A stretch of DNA of 64,000 nucleotides. Origin: Amoebidium appalachense. Its lineage: Eukaryota; Protista; Ichthyosporea. This document shows positions 62,059-64,000 of this stretch, in pieces. The stretch covers positions 8,126,001 through 8,190,000 of the forward strand of contig CAVNZM010000012.1 in NCBI GenBank assembly GCA_963693365.1. Reading direction: 5' to 3'. The notes below the pieces were generated by a model that did no database searches, was not told the DNA's origin, and saw only the letters and a program-made list of their open reading frames with translations. The first letter of the stretch is position 1. Each line of letters begins with the position of its first letter. The translations under genes and the position numbers were made by a program.

Positions 62059-63279
62059 AAAAAGCACACAGGTAGGAAAACACACACATACATACATACA
62101 CACAGATGCAGATATGTCATAATTGCTGTAATGCAAAAATTGCGCACGTGTGGCATGTGACAGCGCACCAATTAGATCGCGCTGTGTTCATGGTATGCAG
62201 CCTCAGGTATCCAAATTAAAATTTGTGGCGCTCATGATTGGCCGTTTTAGGAATTAGATCTTATTGTGTTTAGGTTGATTTTTTGGTAGCATGAGGAGAG
62301 CGAAATATTTGACCATATCTATAGTAAGTTATTTGCTTTTTTTGGCTCCAGGGAGGGGGGGGTTAGGGGGGGGGGGGGGGGGGGGGAGGGGGGCCGCCTG
62401 CGTAAATTCCCGAAAATCCGTTTTTGTGCAATTTTCCACGCACCAGGGCATGTGTTATATGCAGAGGAATGTCTGTATGATACAAGTAGGCGTGCGTGCA
62501 CGTCACATCCAACCAAACTCTAAAAACACATACATGGTTGGCGCGTTGTCAACGCGGACCCCCACAGACACACACACACTGTCAGCTGCGCGAGCAAACA
62601 CAAACACACAGTCACGTGTGTGCACACATACACGCATTGCACGTATATGCTTATGCACACACACCGCTGTTGCACATACAAACAGCAACACAGACACACA
62701 CGCGGTGTGGTGATGGTCAAGGAGTGCGCTGACTTGCAAAAGACCACCACGATTGGGTGAGAGGTGAGAAGGTAGAAAGACACCGTGCACATGCATGGTC
62801 AAACACATACACCCACCCAGTTACACATCAAAGTATACGTCTATGTATGTGTGTGCCTTTAATCGGGGCTAATCTGTGCGATTGCAGATGTGGATGAGTG
62901 CGCCCTTGGGCAGCATAACTGCGCTGGCCAATCAAATTGCAGGAAGGTGCCGGGCTCATTTGCTTGCGATTGCAATGCCGGATTCACTTTAATCGGCACA
63001 AGGTGCGCAGGTAAGCGTCCGTACATCTCCCTATACATCAAGTTAAAGCAAGGTGTATTAATGCGTGTGGATATATGACGGGGAGCCGTTTGGAACCCTA
63101 AATTATCACCTATATTGCACCCAACGCCATAATCTGAAATTTTCGTAGTGAATATGAAGTTCCTTTACGCCTCATTGTTTTTCTTTTTTTTCTCTCGCTT
63201 ATATTGAAGCATAATTTTTGACAATATTCTTGGCAGCAAAAACGTTCTACATAAATTGATATCAAGCTGTAACACACAG

Positions 63280-63345
<66 letters not shown>

Positions 63346-63665
63346 GTGGTGCGGGGGGTGGGTGGGTGGGTGGGGGGGGGGGGGGGGGGGGGGGAAGGGG
63401 GGAGGGGGGGGGGGGGGGGGGGGGGGGGGATATTTACAGGAATTGCATTATTCATTAGGAAGAGGCACAGAAATGTCTCAAAGCTATTAATCTATAGCAC
63501 CCAAAACATTGATCACCTTGTCTAATCTAATCATTGACTCAGATGTCAACGAGTGCACCACCGGCAAGCACAACTGTAGCCCCGATGCAACATGCACAAA
63601 CACACCGGGCAGCTTTTCATGCGCATGCAAGAGTGGATTTGGGGGCAATGGAATAACATGCATAG
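56393..63665 (+). CDS. Secreted or surface protein with an unrecognised Cys-containing N-terminal region, Pro/Thr-rich linkers and calcium-binding EGF-like domains; incomplete at the 3' end
   Basis: Signal peptide [28 protein letters not shown]. Proposed exons 56393-56934, 57728-58230, 59041-59166, 59891-60016 (duplicate), 61048-61164, 62888-63010 and 63543-63665, all phase-compatible. The last two encode [26 protein letters not shown] and [32 protein letters not shown]. The EGF exons are secure; their linkage to the upstream exons is inferred. Confidence 0.75.
58812..60510 (+). repeat. About 850-bp tandem duplication containing a 126-nt exon
   Basis: Sequence at 59041 recurs at 59891 (period 850). 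The exons appear identical, with a few substitutions and homopolymer-length differences in the flanks. Confidence 0.95.
60820..60898 (+). repeat. About 80-nt poly-G homopolymer
   Basis: Directly visible. Exact length is unreliable in any assembly. Confidence 0.9.
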
Positions 63666-63928
63666 GTATGGAAGATTGTGTTGGTAATGTTGGCCCTAAT
63701 AAGGTGACGTGAGACTGTATCATACATGTAGGCATGCCCATTACTCTGAACTTTACGTTTATTGGCTTCAGGTTGGTACACTTATGTAAAAGACAAAAAA
63801 TACCCTTCAAAACACAATAATGGTTAAGTTAAGTGCCTACCGTCACTCTCAGCCTGTTAGCCGCCGTCGGCTCTTCAAAGACACGCGCACACACACACAT
63901 ACACACGCACACACGCAGGCGCGCGCGT

Positions 63929-63971
<43 letters not shown>

Positions 63972-64000
63972 CACACACACACGTGACAGGGTCACATAAA

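Overview
This is intron-rich eukaryotic genomic DNA. The gene content and gene spacing suggest a holozoan, possibly a unicellular one such as an ichthyosporean, but that is only an inference. I reconstructed eight protein-coding genes by hand: cathepsin C (first exon only, minus strand, runs off the left edge), an intronless histone H1, a 4-exon coclaurine-N-methyltransferase/CMAS-like SAM methyltransferase, a 21-exon nicastrin, a 2-exon TOM5, a 10-exon adenylyl cyclase-associated protein (CAP/Srv2, minus strand), a 6-exon RBM24/RBM38-like RRM protein, and the 5' part of a secreted protein with calcium-binding EGF modules (runs off the right edge). Most ORFs in the supplied track are artefacts of poly-C/poly-G, (CA)n/(GT)n and (GA)n tracts. 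The most unusual signals are in the introns. First, splice donors, many of them weak, are repeatedly followed within about 15 nt by sense-strand poly-C runs or by (GT)n, and many acceptors have (CA)n or A-rich sequence instead of a U-rich tract. Second, a dispersed 100-230 bp element family sits between C-runs, is always sense to its host gene, and has a G-U-containing hairpin and hammerhead-like core words. Also present are a 1.19 kb hAT-like MITE with TIRs and an 8-bp TSD, an 850-bp tandem exon duplication, duplicated splice sites, a GC-AG intron and a probable homopolymer frameshift in nicastrin. Exon coordinates were read manually and have no transcript support.
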